The notes: generated from the sequence alone by a model not told the origin. A stretch of DNA of 16,822 nucleotides from Bdellovibrionia bacterium (GCA_049424145.1 JBMSSC010000056.1:1-16822); one strand, 5' to 3'; positions 7,906 to 16,788 are shown, counted from the stretch's first letter. Numbers and translations are program-made.

Positions 7906-8658
7906 TTGACTTTTGCTTGGGTTTCAGCGGTTCGACTTTTTAAATCGCGTTTGCCTCTCGGTGTTTTTCTTTTCGGGATAGTGATATTTCCCTCCTGCTC
8001 GTCTTTACCGCACCGCAGTTGGACTCCCTCCGAGTTGTTTCACTTTGCCTGTCATCGGCCCATTCCCATTACTCAGGCCACAGGAACGTTATGGCTTAAA
8101 ATGCAGTCCTCTTCTGTGTCGGGTCAGTTTTATGCACAGGCCTTCTCCAAGGCTCCGGATGTCTTAAAGCTTGAAATCACCAACTTCTTGGGTGGAACTG
8201 AGGCTTTGATTACCGCTCGGGATCAGCATTTTGAGATCATGCGCGGCTCTCAGAGGTCCCGTTCCATGTTTAACTCCAACACTTGGGCAGGTATTCCCCT
8301 GAGTTGGTCCATTGATCTGATTTTAGGTCGGATACCTTGCCCCTCGATAGATCAGGGGGAGTGGGTCCTGGAACAAAAAGATGCCATGACGTTGGTCATT
8401 GAGCAGCGTCCGGGTTCCCCTGGAAGTCAGGTCTTTGAATACCACTTCGCTGGGCTTCAGGATCGACTTTGGCCTGAGAGCTTAAGGTGGTATCGGCCCC
8501 ATTCATCTGAGCCGCCCGTTTCGTTTTCTTTTTCTCACCCTGAGCCATCGACCTTCAGTCCGCTTCACTGGGAGGCCCGCACCTCTCAGGGCGTTCTGCA
8601 GGTCCGCTGGCGAGAGCGTCAGATCCAAGTCTCTGAGTCCCCCAGCTTGGTCCATTGA
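7906..8658 (+). CDS. Putative lipoprotein with LolB/LolA-like fold (LolB-like)
   Basis: Hydrophobic stretch LPLGVFLFGIVIFPS-C with Cys at 7996-7998, a non-canonical lipobox. The segments LKLEITNFLGGTE and GIPLSWSIDLILGRIP resemble LolB motifs. It lies directly after the TPR gene. The start is uncertain: TTG 7906 after AGGAG was chosen instead of 7795, which overlaps the TPR gene by ~100 nt. Confidence 0.6.
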   Translation: MTFAWVSAVRLFKSRLPLGVFLFGIVIFPSCSSLPHRSWTPSELFHFACHRPIPITQATGTLWLKMQSSSVSGQFYAQAFSKAPDVLKLEITNFLGGTEALITARDQHFEIMRGSQRSRSMFNSNTWAGIPLSWSIDLILGRIPCPSIDQGEWVLEQKDAMTLVIEQRPGSPGSQVFEYHFAGLQDRLWPESLRWYRPHSSEPPVSFSFSHPEPSTFSPLHWEARTSQGVLQVRWRERQIQVSESPSLVH

Positions 8659-8683
8659 CACTTGTTTCAGAATCCGATACTGA
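8655..8683 (+). promoter_or_regulatory. Possible internal promoter for the ABC transporter operon
   Basis: A perfect TTGACA (8655-8660) overlaps the upstream stop codon. The -10 candidates are weak: TACTGA at 17 nt or GATACT at 15 nt. Confidence 0.35.
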
Positions 8684-8706
8684 AATTCATAAGGGGTTGG
8701 ATTCAA

Positions 8707-10551
8707 ATGAGAAGACGTGTTGGGACTTTCCTAGTCGTTCAGCTTCAGATGATCACCCAAGTGAGGCTGAATCTAGCTTATTGGCTGACTTTGGTCCCTG
8801 TGTTTGCCTCTTTTGTTCTTGTACCTGCGTTGACAGGTTGCCGTTCCTCGGCTCCTCCCGAGCCTGAGCAAGTTCTTCATGTGGTTGCTGAGGAGAAGAT
8901 TAAGGGTTTAGACCCCATTTATTCTGATGATCTTTACTCCTCCACTCAGTCGAGTCAGGCCTACGAGACGCTGCTTCAATACCATTATCTGAAGCGTCCC
9001 TATCAATTAATTCCCCTGTTGGCAGAAAAAATGCCTGAGGTCAGTCGAGATGGATTAGTTTATACGTTTCATCTTAAGGCGGGAGTTTTCTTTCATGATG
9101 ATCCGTGCTTCAAATCCTCGTCTGGTAAAGGTCGAGAGCTTACGGCAGAGGATTTGATCTACTCGTTTAAGCGCTTAGCGGATCCTAGGCTTGCTTCACC
9201 GGGATGGTGGATTTTGGAGGGAAAGATTCAGGGTCTGAATGAGTGGAGAGAGGCAGTCAGGGGGCAATCGTCTACAGATTATTCTCTTCCCGTGGAGGGG
9301 CTTCGGGCCTTGGATCCCAAGACTCTGCAGATCCGGTTGACCAAGAGATCCGCTCAGTTCCTCTATGGGCTCAGCATGCCGTATGCCGCAGTGGTTCCTC
9401 ATGAAGCGGTTGAATACTACGGTAAGGAATTCATTAATCATGCCGTGGGGACGGGTCCGTTTCTTTTAAAACAGTACAGCCCGAATTCAAAACTAGTTTG
9501 GGATCGAAACCCTCAGTATCGACGAGAGCTCTACCCCTCGGACGGATCAAAAGAAGATCAGCAAGCAGGCCTATTGCAGGATGCAGGTCATACCCTGCCC
9601 ATCGTGGAGAGGGTCGTTGTGCACGTCATGATTGAGCGCCAGCCCATGTGGCTGAATTTTCTAGCAGGGCATTTAGACTACGCAGGCATTCCAAAGGATA
9701 GTTTTTCCCAAGCCATTAACTCGCAGCGAGAGCTTTCCCCGGAGATGGCAGCCCGCGGGATGAAGTTGGTCAAGACAGCAGCCCTGGATGTGACTCATCT
9801 GACTTTTAATATGGCCGATCCCCTGCTTGGCAATAATCGCCTCTTACGTCGGGCCATCAGTCTGGCCTTTGATGAGAGTACGTACATTGAGCTTTTTTTA
9901 AATGGGCGAGCCATTCCGGCACAAGGACCGATTCCTCCTGGAATTGATGGGTATGATCCAGAGCTTCAAAACCCCTATCGAAAATTTGACCTGCTGCAGG
10001 CGAAAAAACTGATGGTTCAGGCGGGCTATCCGGAGGGTAAAGGTTTACCTCCTTTGGAATATGCTACGTTGGCCGATAGCGCAGCACGACAGCAGGCTGA
10101 GTACTTTCAAAAGATGCTCTCTCCGCTGGGCATTCAGCTCAGTGTGAACGCCTACTCTTGGCCTCAGTTTCAAGAAACAATTAAGACGAAAAAGGCTCAA
10201 ATGTGGGGTTACGCTTGGCAAGTCGACTATCCCGATGCAGAGAACTTGTTTCAGCTTTTTTATAGTAAGAACGAGTCTCCTGGACCCAATGATGCAAATT
10301 ATAAGAATCCTCGTTTTGATCGGCTCTTTGAGGAATCGCTCGCCCTTCCCCAGGGGGAGCAGCGATCTCGTCTCTATCGGCAGATGGTGGCCCTTCTCAT
10401 TGAGGATTGTCCCTGGATTTTTGGTTCCCATCGGCTCAGCTATGTCTTGTTGCAGCCGTGGCTAAAAAACTACAAGCCCAATGACTTTGATCACTCTCGT
10501 TATAAGTATTTGAGGATCGATCCTGCCTTGAAAAAACGGGGTAGGAGATGA
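8707..10551 (+). CDS. oppA: ABC transporter substrate-binding lipoprotein, OppA/DppA/NikA (family 5)
   Basis: Lipobox LTG-C (Cys 8839-8841). Motifs GLDP, YETLLQY, PLLAEKMPEVSRDGLVYTFHLK, AVGTGPF, LRRAISLAFD and WQVDYPDAEN. The start is uncertain (8662, 8707, 8749 or 8761). The symbol is family-level and the substrate is unknown. Confidence 0.93.
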   Translation: MRRRVGTFLVVQLQMITQVRLNLAYWLTLVPVFASFVLVPALTGCRSSAPPEPEQVLHVVAEEKIKGLDPIYSDDLYSSTQSSQAYETLLQYHYLKRPYQLIPLLAEKMPEVSRDGLVYTFHLKAGVFFHDDPCFKSSSGKGRELTAEDLIYSFKRLADPRLASPGWWILEGKIQGLNEWREAVRGQSSTDYSLPVEGLRALDPKTLQIRLTKRSAQFLYGLSMPYAAVVPHEAVEYYGKEFINHAVGTGPFLLKQYSPNSKLVWDRNPQYRRELYPSDGSKEDQQAGLLQDAGHTLPIVERVVVHVMIERQPMWLNFLAGHLDYAGIPKDSFSQAINSQRELSPEMAARGMKLVKTAALDVTHLTFNMADPLLGNNRLLRRAISLAFDESTYIELFLNGRAIPAQGPIPPGIDGYDPELQNPYRKFDLLQAKKLMVQAGYPEGKGLPPLEYATLADSAARQQAEYFQKMLSPLGIQLSVNAYSWPQFQETIKTKKAQMWGYAWQVDYPDAENLFQLFYSKNESPGPNDANYKNPRFDRLFEESLALPQGEQRSRLYRQMVALLIEDCPWIFGSHRLSYVLLQPWLKNYKPNDFDHSRYKYLRIDPALKKRGRR

Positions 10552-11483
10552 TCTCCTACATGATCAAGCGCCTGCTTGGGACGATACCCGTTTTATTTGG
10601 AGTGGCGCTCGTGGTTTTTGTTCTCTTTCACTGCATTGGGGGTGATCCTGCGTATCAGATGCTAGGTCGGCACGCGAGTCCAGCTCAATTGGCGGAGCTT
10701 AGGCATCAGTACGGCTTGGATCGACCCTTGTGGGTTCAGTTTTTTACCTACCTAAAGCAGATCGTGACCTTTGATTTTGGAATCAGCTATGCCACCAAGC
10801 AGCCTATTTCATCGATGATTCTTTCAGGAATTTACCCATCGCTCACTTTAATGGTGCCTGCTTTTTTCTTGACCACATTTTTGGCCGTGGGTTTGGCGCT
10901 TTGGGTTGCCTATTTTCGTGGCCAATGGATGGATCGAGTGGTTGTGATTTTCAGCGTTCTCGGCATGAGTCTTCCTCTGTTGGCCTACATTCTTTTTGCT
11001 CAGTTTTATTTTGCCTTTCGCCTGGATTGGTTTCCAATCTCGGGGTTTGAGCCAGGCTGGCCTGATGCGCTTTACTCAGTTTCCTTACCTGGGTTGATTT
11101 TTGTTGTAGTGTCATTGGGTTATGATGTGCGTTTTTTCCGAACTGCTATTTTGGAGGAAGTCAGCCAAGACTACATTCGAACGGCCCGAGCAAAAGGCTT
11201 GTCAGAGCCCACGATTTTTCTTAAGCACGTTTTAAAAAATAGTCTCGTCCCCATTCTCACTCATGTTGTGGTGGAGATTCCGCTGCTGGTATTAGGGGCC
11301 TTTTTACTGGAGAGTTTTTTTTCAATTCCGGGGCTAGGCAGTATCACAATTGACGCTGTTCATAATAGTGATTTGCCCGTGATTCAGGCGATGACCACGT
11401 GGGTTGCGATTTTGTTCATTTTGGGGAACTTGGCAACGGATCTTCTCTACGTGCTGGTGGATCCTCGCGTGAGGGTGCGATGA
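10548..11483 (+). CDS. oppB: Peptide ABC transporter permease, OppB/DppB type
   Basis: GDPA, YGLDRPLWVQF and FDFGISY, EAA loop DYIRTARAKGLSE, ESFFSIPGLG and C-terminal DPRVR. ATGA overlap with the upstream gene. Confidence 0.96.
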   Translation: MISYMIKRLLGTIPVLFGVALVVFVLFHCIGGDPAYQMLGRHASPAQLAELRHQYGLDRPLWVQFFTYLKQIVTFDFGISYATKQPISSMILSGIYPSLTLMVPAFFLTTFLAVGLALWVAYFRGQWMDRVVVIFSVLGMSLPLLAYILFAQFYFAFRLDWFPISGFEPGWPDALYSVSLPGLIFVVVSLGYDVRFFRTAILEEVSQDYIRTARAKGLSEPTIFLKHVLKNSLVPILTHVVVEIPLLVLGAFLLESFFSIPGLGSITIDAVHNSDLPVIQAMTTWVAILFILGNLATDLLYVLVDPRVRVR

Positions 11484-12355
11484 TTTATTTTTTCTTTTCA
11501 CCGGTTTTTTGGAGGGATCTAAAGAGGGGCGTATCCAGCGATTGGGTGGCACTCATTTCGTTGGGGCTGATTGGGCTTTACTCCGCTGTAGCCCTTCTCA
11601 CTCAATTTCAGCTTCTAGCTAGTCCTTGGGATCACGTGGTGGGAGCGTCCTATGAGCCTCCGAGTTTTCGGTCAATGGAGCTGATCTTGGGTACGGATAT
11701 TTTTGGGCGCAGTGTTCTTTTTAAAGTTCTGCACGGGACCCGGATTGCCATGAGTGTTGGGCTGGTCTCAGTGCTTCTGAGTACCCCCATTGGACTTCTT
11801 TTAGGGTCCCTGGCTGGTTACTATGGGGGCTGGGTGGATGAGTTGGTGGTTTGGTTTTATACGGTGCTTTCCTCGATCCCCAGTATCATGTTGTTGATTG
11901 CCATTGCTTTTGTTTTGGGTAAGGGCCTTTTGGCCATCTACCTGGCCTTGGGCTGTACGTCCTGGGTGGGTTTGGCGCGTGTGATCCGAGCAGAGGTGAT
12001 GAAGCATAAGTCGCGGGATTACGTTCTGGCTGCCGAAAGCCTCGGGGCAAGTCATGCATCCAGGATGTTTAAGCACATTCTTCCTAACGTTTCTCACTTT
12101 GCAATCCTCAATGTGTCGATTCAGTTTGTTTCGGCCATTAAGGCTGAAGTCATTCTTTCGTTCTTGGGGCTTGGGGTTCAGGGCCAACCCAGTTGGGGAA
12201 TCATGATTGATGATGCAAAAATGGAGTTGGCACGTGGGGTCTGGTGGCAGCTTTTTGGGGCAACCGTTGGAATGTTTTTTATCGTTCTGGCTTTTAACTT
12301 ATTAGGGGATGCCCTGCGAGATGCATTGGATCCAAAAAGTAGGCTCAGGGATTAA
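11480..12355 (+). CDS. oppC: Peptide ABC transporter permease, OppC/DppC type
   Basis: LGTDIFGRSV, GYYGGWVD, DYVLAAESLGAS, HILPN, LSFLGLG, PSWGIMI and NLLGDALRDALDPK. Start set at the ATG at 11480 (ATGA overlap with the oppB stop). Confidence 0.95.
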   Translation: MIYFFFSPVFWRDLKRGVSSDWVALISLGLIGLYSAVALLTQFQLLASPWDHVVGASYEPPSFRSMELILGTDIFGRSVLFKVLHGTRIAMSVGLVSVLLSTPIGLLLGSLAGYYGGWVDELVVWFYTVLSSIPSIMLLIAIAFVLGKGLLAIYLALGCTSWVGLARVIRAEVMKHKSRDYVLAAESLGASHASRMFKHILPNVSHFAILNVSIQFVSAIKAEVILSFLGLGVQGQPSWGIMIDDAKMELARGVWWQLFGATVGMFFIVLAFNLLGDALRDALDPKSRLRD

Positions 12356-12358
12356 ACG

Positions 12359-13378
12359 ATGGGTGACGTTGAGAAAATTCTTGAGGTGAAGAACCTCACT
12401 ACATCCTTTCGCACCCGCAAGGGCTTGGTTCATGCTGTGGATCGCGTCAGTTTTGATGTGTATCGCGGAAAAACGCTCGGGATTGTAGGTGAGTCCGGAT
12501 GTGGAAAAAGTGTTACGAGTCTTTCGATCCTCAGGTTGATTGCTCGTCCTCCCGGTGAGATCACCGCAGGAGAGATCCTTTATCGGGGTCGAGATTTGCT
12601 TCAGATGACTCCTTCGCAGATGAGGGAGATTCGTGGAAATGAGATCTCCATGATTTTTCAAGAGCCCATGACCTCCCTTAATCCGGTTTTTACCATTGGA
12701 AGTCAGATCGGTGAGGCCATTGCGCTTCATCAGCGGTTGGGAAAAAAGGAAGTCTTGGAGCGAACTCTGGAGATGCTCCAATGGTTTGGAATTCCTGATC
12801 CGGGAAAGCGCATCCATGCTTATCCTCATCAGCTCTCAGGAGGAATGCGGCAGCGGGTAATGATTGCCATGGCGCTTTCTTGTCATCCCCAGATTCTCAT
12901 TGCCGATGAGCCTACGACTGCCTTGGATGTGACCATTCAGGCTCAAATTCTTGAGTTACTCAAGGACCTTCAGAGAAAAGTGGGATTGGCGCTGATTCTC
13001 ATTACGCATGACTTGGGAGTCATTGCTGAGATGGCCGATGAGGTGCTGGTGATGTATGCAGGTCAGGTCGTTGAGCATGCTCCGGTTCGGGAGATTTTTA
13101 AAAATCCCAAGATGCCCTACACGCAAGCTCTTCTGAGGAGTCATCCGGCATCGAAACGGGGGATTCTGGGAAATGATGGACGACCCAGGCTGCAGTCCAT
13201 CGCTGGAGTGGTGCCTGAGCTCAGTGAGCTTCCCACGGGTTGCAGGTTTCAGGGGCGTTGTTCCAAAAGAATTTCAATTTGTGGGGAGCAGGAGCCAATA
13301 CTAAGGCCCATCGGCGCTGAGCAAGCTCAAGAGTTCAGCTCTGGGATTCATCATGTGCGCTGCTGGAGGGATGAATGA
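12359..13378 (+). CDS. oppD: Peptide ABC transporter ATP-binding protein, OppD/DppD type
   Basis: Walker A GESGCGKS, Q-loop IFQEPMTSLNP, signature LSGGMRQRV, Walker B LIADEPTTALD, H-loop ITHD and a Cys-rich C-terminal domain. Confidence 0.97.
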   Translation: MGDVEKILEVKNLTTSFRTRKGLVHAVDRVSFDVYRGKTLGIVGESGCGKSVTSLSILRLIARPPGEITAGEILYRGRDLLQMTPSQMREIRGNEISMIFQEPMTSLNPVFTIGSQIGEAIALHQRLGKKEVLERTLEMLQWFGIPDPGKRIHAYPHQLSGGMRQRVMIAMALSCHPQILIADEPTTALDVTIQAQILELLKDLQRKVGLALILITHDLGVIAEMADEVLVMYAGQVVEHAPVREIFKNPKMPYTQALLRSHPASKRGILGNDGRPRLQSIAGVVPELSELPTGCRFQGRCSKRISICGEQEPILRPIGAEQAQEFSSGIHHVRCWRDE

Positions 13379-14403
13379 GCTCGTCCAACTCGTCTGAGCC
13401 CCAAAGTCCTCTCGTAAGGGTCAATCATTTGGTGAAGGAGTTTCCAATCCAAGGCACAGGATTCTTACCCACGCGAGCAAGGGTCCATGCTGTGGGCGGG
13501 GTGTCTTTTGAGATTCGTAAGGGAGAGACATTGGGTCTTGTTGGGGAATCCGGATGTGGGAAATCCACTCTGGGGCGATGTCTTTTGCGTCTCATTGAAC
13601 CCACAAGTGGGCAGATTTTTTTTAAGGGTCAAGAAATCACTCACCTTCCTCCCTCCCAGATGAGGAAATTAAGACGCAAAATTCAGATGATTTTTCAAGA
13701 CCCCTACGGTTCCTTGAATCCCAGAATGAAGGTGGAAGATCTATTGCTTGAGCCACTTCAAATTCATGGTCTTGGAGGCGGCTCGACTGAAAGACGGCAG
13801 CGGATGGTGCATCTTCTGGATCTCTGTGGTTTAAGAAAAGAGGCCCTCACTCGCTACCCCCATGAGTTTTCAGGAGGGCAGCGGCAGAGGATTTCCATTG
13901 CTCGTGCCCTTGCCGTTGAACCTGAATTGATCGTGTGTGATGAGCCCGTATCTGCATTAGACGTGTCGATTCAAGCTCAAATCATTAATTTGCTTCAGGA
14001 TCTGCAAATGGAATTAGGCTTAACCTATTTATTTATTGGCCATGACTTAAATGTTGTCGAGCACATTTCTACGCATGTGGGCGTGATGTATTTAGGAAAG
14101 ATCGTTGAAATGGGCCCAACTCAGGCGATCTTTCATCAGCCAAAGCACCCCTATTCCAAGGCGCTTCTCTCAGCGATTCCAGTGGCTGATCCGGAGCTCA
14201 AAAAAACTCGGATCCTTCTGAAGGGGGATGTTCCCTCACCTGCTGAGCCACCCCGTGGGTGCTCGTTTCATCCTCGTTGTCCGTTGGCTCAGTCGACTTG
14301 TTCGGTTCAGTCCCCACAATTGGAGACTGTGGGGGAAGGGGCTCATCAAGTCTCCTGTCATTATTGGGATCGATCTTTTCAAGAAGGGTCGCTGAGCCCA
14401 TGA
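13375..14403 (+). CDS. oppF: Peptide ABC transporter ATP-binding protein, OppF/DppF type
   Basis: GESGCGKST, IFQDPYGSLNPR, YPHEFSGGQRQRI, VCDEPVSALDVSIQAQ, HPYS and GCSFHPRC. ATGA overlap with oppD. Confidence 0.97.
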   Translation: MSSSNSSEPQSPLVRVNHLVKEFPIQGTGFLPTRARVHAVGGVSFEIRKGETLGLVGESGCGKSTLGRCLLRLIEPTSGQIFFKGQEITHLPPSQMRKLRRKIQMIFQDPYGSLNPRMKVEDLLLEPLQIHGLGGGSTERRQRMVHLLDLCGLRKEALTRYPHEFSGGQRQRISIARALAVEPELIVCDEPVSALDVSIQAQIINLLQDLQMELGLTYLFIGHDLNVVEHISTHVGVMYLGKIVEMGPTQAIFHQPKHPYSKALLSAIPVADPELKKTRILLKGDVPSPAEPPRGCSFHPRCPLAQSTCSVQSPQLETVGEGAHQVSCHYWDRSFQEGSLSP

Positions 14404-14420
14404 AGCCGTTTGGTGCAAAT

Positions 14421-15479
14421 TTAAATTAGGTGGGGATGAGTTTTTTTCAGTCGCTCCACGAGAGTTCGAATGTCTTGCGCTCGCTCTTTTTTTGCCACCA
14501 AAATGGCCCCGCCATGCTCAACAATGATGAGATCTTCAATTCCTAGTAAGGCAATGAGCTTTCCTGGAGCATCCACGATGTTTCCGCGCGAGTCTAAGCT
14601 GACGACGTCACCCTCTGTGACCACGTTTTGGTCTTTTTGGGCATGAAGCACTGAGGCTAAGCTCTCCAATGAGGTCCAGCTTCCTAAGTCATCCCAGCCA
14701 CAAGTCAGAGGAAAGGTGACTACGTTTTGGGCCTTTTCCATGACTCCATAGTCAATTGAGGTGGCAGTGAGTAATGGATACGCCTTTTCAACCTCACCGT
14801 GAGTCTCATTCCAGGCCCTCTTCATCTCAGGCATATATTCGTCAAATGCTTCTAAGAGCGTGTCGACTCGCCAGATGAACATACCGCCATTCCAAAGATA
14901 ATTTTTAGACTGAATAAACTCCTGCGCTCGTGCGAGATTAGGCTTTTCAACAAATTTCAAAACTCGATGAGGGGAGTGGGGCTCCTTAGGCTTGATTGGA
15001 AGGGAGTCAATCTGAAGGTAACCATAGCCAGTTTCAGCTCGAGAGGGCTCAATCCCTAAGGTGACTAAGTCGGAGTGGTTTTTTGCCCAGTTCATGGCTT
15101 GTTCGGTGGTGGAAAGAAACGATTCCCTGTTGGCAATGTAGTGGTCTGAGGGCATCACGAGCATCAAGGCTTTGGGATTTTCCTCTGCAATTTTCTGCGC
15201 AGCCCAGTAGATGCATGGGGCGGTGTTTCTTCCCTGGGGTTCACCCAAGACGGTGGCTTGAGGATTCTGTGCTAAAACGGCATCCTTGAGGCTTTGCGTG
15301 GTGAGAATCATCCTTCTTTCAGCAGGAATGAGTTCTTTAAACCGATCTAAGGTTTGGGCAAGAAGCGAGGATCCTCCAAATGAAAGCAGTTGTTTGGGAC
15401 GTTGAGCGGTACTCTTGGGCCAAAAGCGGGTGCCACTGCCCCCAGCGATGATGACCAAATAGGCGTCTTGAAATTGCAT
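14421..15479 (-). CDS. manC: Mannose-1-phosphate guanylyltransferase (monofunctional GMP, no fused PMI cupin)
   Basis: IIAGGSGTRFWPKS..RPKQLL, EPQGRNTAP, MPSDH, ETGYGY, FVEKP, WNGGMF, SIDYGVMEK and GWDDLGSW, followed by a beta-helix tail. 352 aa. Confidence 0.94.
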   Translation of the reverse strand: MQFQDAYLVIIAGGSGTRFWPKSTAQRPKQLLSFGGSSLLAQTLDRFKELIPAERRMILTTQSLKDAVLAQNPQATVLGEPQGRNTAPCIYWAAQKIAEENPKALMLVMPSDHYIANRESFLSTTEQAMNWAKNHSDLVTLGIEPSRAETGYGYLQIDSLPIKPKEPHSPHRVLKFVEKPNLARAQEFIQSKNYLWNGGMFIWRVDTLLEAFDEYMPEMKRAWNETHGEVEKAYPLLTATSIDYGVMEKAQNVVTFPLTCGWDDLGSWTSLESLASVLHAQKDQNVVTEGDVVSLDSRGNIVDAPGKLIALLGIEDLIIVEHGGAILVAKKERAQDIRTLVERLKKTHPHLI

Positions 15480-15505
15480 GAAATGGACCTCTTGAGAAAA
15501 AAATC

Positions 15506-15883
15506 CTAAGCCTTGGACGTTCCTGTGCGACCATATCCATCTTCAAGGCGAACCACATCGTCGAGCTCAGCGGTGGAAACTTCTAGTACATCGCAATCCT
15601 CTAGTGCAATCATGCGATGCTTCTTTCCCACGGGAATGTGATGAGAGTCACCTGGGTTCATGAGGACTTCTTGTAAACTTCCATCTGGGCCTTCAAAGAC
15701 GAGCGTCATTTTTCCTGAGTGAAGAAAAATCGTTTCTTCCTTCTTCTGATGGTATTGAAGCGAGAGTTTATGTCCCTTGGAGATATGGAGGATTTTTCCA
15801 GCATATTTGTCCGTTTTTGCCCAGATCAGTTCGAATCCCCAGGGCTTTTCAACTCGAAGGGTATCTTTTTTCTTGGTTAGCAT
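15506..15883 (-). CDS. Stand-alone cupin resembling the type II mannose-6-phosphate isomerase domain
   Basis: VEKPWG, LSLQYHQKKEET, HIPVGKKHR and EVSTAELDDVVRLEDGYGR resemble the C-terminal PMI domain of bifunctional ManC/AlgA (RPWG...LSLQ.H..R.E...DIVR.ED.YGR). It is adjacent to the GMP gene. Confidence 0.82.
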   Translation of the reverse strand: MLTKKKDTLRVEKPWGFELIWAKTDKYAGKILHISKGHKLSLQYHQKKEETIFLHSGKMTLVFEGPDGSLQEVLMNPGDSHHIPVGKKHRMIALEDCDVLEVSTAELDDVVRLEDGYGRTGTSKA

Positions 15884-15916
15884 CGGTGTTGAATCCTTTG
15901 TCTCTTACTTTTAATC

Positions 15917-16774
15917 TCAATCGGAGATTTTTGAAACAATAAAGGACTTGATTTTACGTTGTGAGCGGTAGGACTTTCCTGTCGTCTCAGCCAGTTTCTC
16001 TGAGGAGAACTCACCCGCATAAATCCGGAATCGCTTTCGCTGATCGGGTGTCTCGACTTCACGAACCAGCGGCTTGAGTTCTTCGATTTCGAGTTCTGCA
16101 AGAGCGTCTTGAGCTTCTGCGCTGCTGGCATACGATCCAATTTGCAAGGTGAAGTGAGTTTTCTTCTGCGGCTCTTCATTCGAGGCGTTCAGAGGGTCTC
16201 GCTCTTTTTCAGAGGTGATCTTGCGATCGGCCTTTTCCAGGTCAGGAGTGAGACTCTTCAGGGCCTCCATCTTTGTTGTGGTCTCTCCCCCGTTGCGACC
16301 TTTCGTCGTATCGGGGAGATCCGTCTGATAGGTCGCGTTTAGATGGATGGCGGTAAGATTCACTTCTTCATGAAGGCCTTGATTCAGGACGTCATCGAGG
16401 GCTTGCTGAGTGGTCTTATTGGGGGCCATCATTTCTTGGGTGGAAGGGAGAGGATCAGCTGCGCTTGAAATGGAGTGAGCTCTGTTTTCTTGAGTGACGC
16501 TCCTTGCTGGGGTGACCTGCTTTCCTAAGTGAACTCCTAAGGTGAATGAAGAAAGTCCAGTAACAATGCTTAAGGTCAGAAGGCTGCGCGCTTCTTTTCT
16601 CTCAAGGATGTAGAGTTTTTGAGGGCTTAAATGAGCTGAGTTCTCCGGTTGTGTGTCGGGCGTCGTCTGGGCGTGCACCGAAGAAGAAGTCGAAGAAGAG
16701 GTCGGAGAAGAGGTCGGAGAAGAGGTGTCGTGCGTTTCCGGATTTGCCGTTGCGTGGTCTGATTCATTATTCAT
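15917..16774 (-). CDS. Bitopic membrane protein with C-terminal SPOR peptidoglycan-binding domain (FtsN/DedD/DamX-like)
   Basis: Low-complexity N-terminus, one TM helix (LLTLSIVTGLSSFTLGVHLG) and a long polar linker. The C-terminus FTLQIGSYASSAEA...RFRIYAGEFSSEKLA...SFIV fits the SPOR pattern. Confidence 0.82.
   Translation of the reverse strand: MNNESDHATANPETHDTSSPTSSPTSSSTSSSVHAQTTPDTQPENSAHLSPQKLYILERKEARSLLTLSIVTGLSSFTLGVHLGKQVTPARSVTQENRAHSISSAADPLPSTQEMMAPNKTTQQALDDVLNQGLHEEVNLTAIHLNATYQTDLPDTTKGRNGGETTTKMEALKSLTPDLEKADRKITSEKERDPLNASNEEPQKKTHFTLQIGSYASSAEAQDALAELEIEELKPLVREVETPDQRKRFRIYAGEFSSEKLAETTGKSYRSQRKIKSFIVSKISD
16680..16727. repeat. In-frame 12-bp tandem repeat, 4 degenerate copies, encoding TSSP/TSSS
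   Basis: GAAGAAGAAGTC, GAAGAAGAGGTC, GGAGAAGAGGTC, GGAGAAGAGGTG lie contiguously. The protein reads TSSPTSSPTSSSTSSS. Confidence 0.85.
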
Positions 16775-16788
16775 AGATTCTATTAAAT

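Noticed and set aside
8503..14418. Small antisense or alternate-frame ORFs across the opp operon (e.g. 8655-8867, 10045-10431, 11801-12187, 12302-12829)
   Set aside because: Shadows of conserved ABC transporter genes with no independent evidence.
15877..16342. ORFs 15877-16179 (-) and 16109-16342 (+) overlapping the SPOR gene
   Set aside because: The SPOR-domain frame explains the region; these have no motifs and no frameshift signal was evident.
16680..16727. CRISPR or other non-coding repeat array
   Set aside because: Units are 12 bp, contiguous, spacer-less and in frame within a CDS. No repeat-spacer array or cas gene is seen anywhere in the window.
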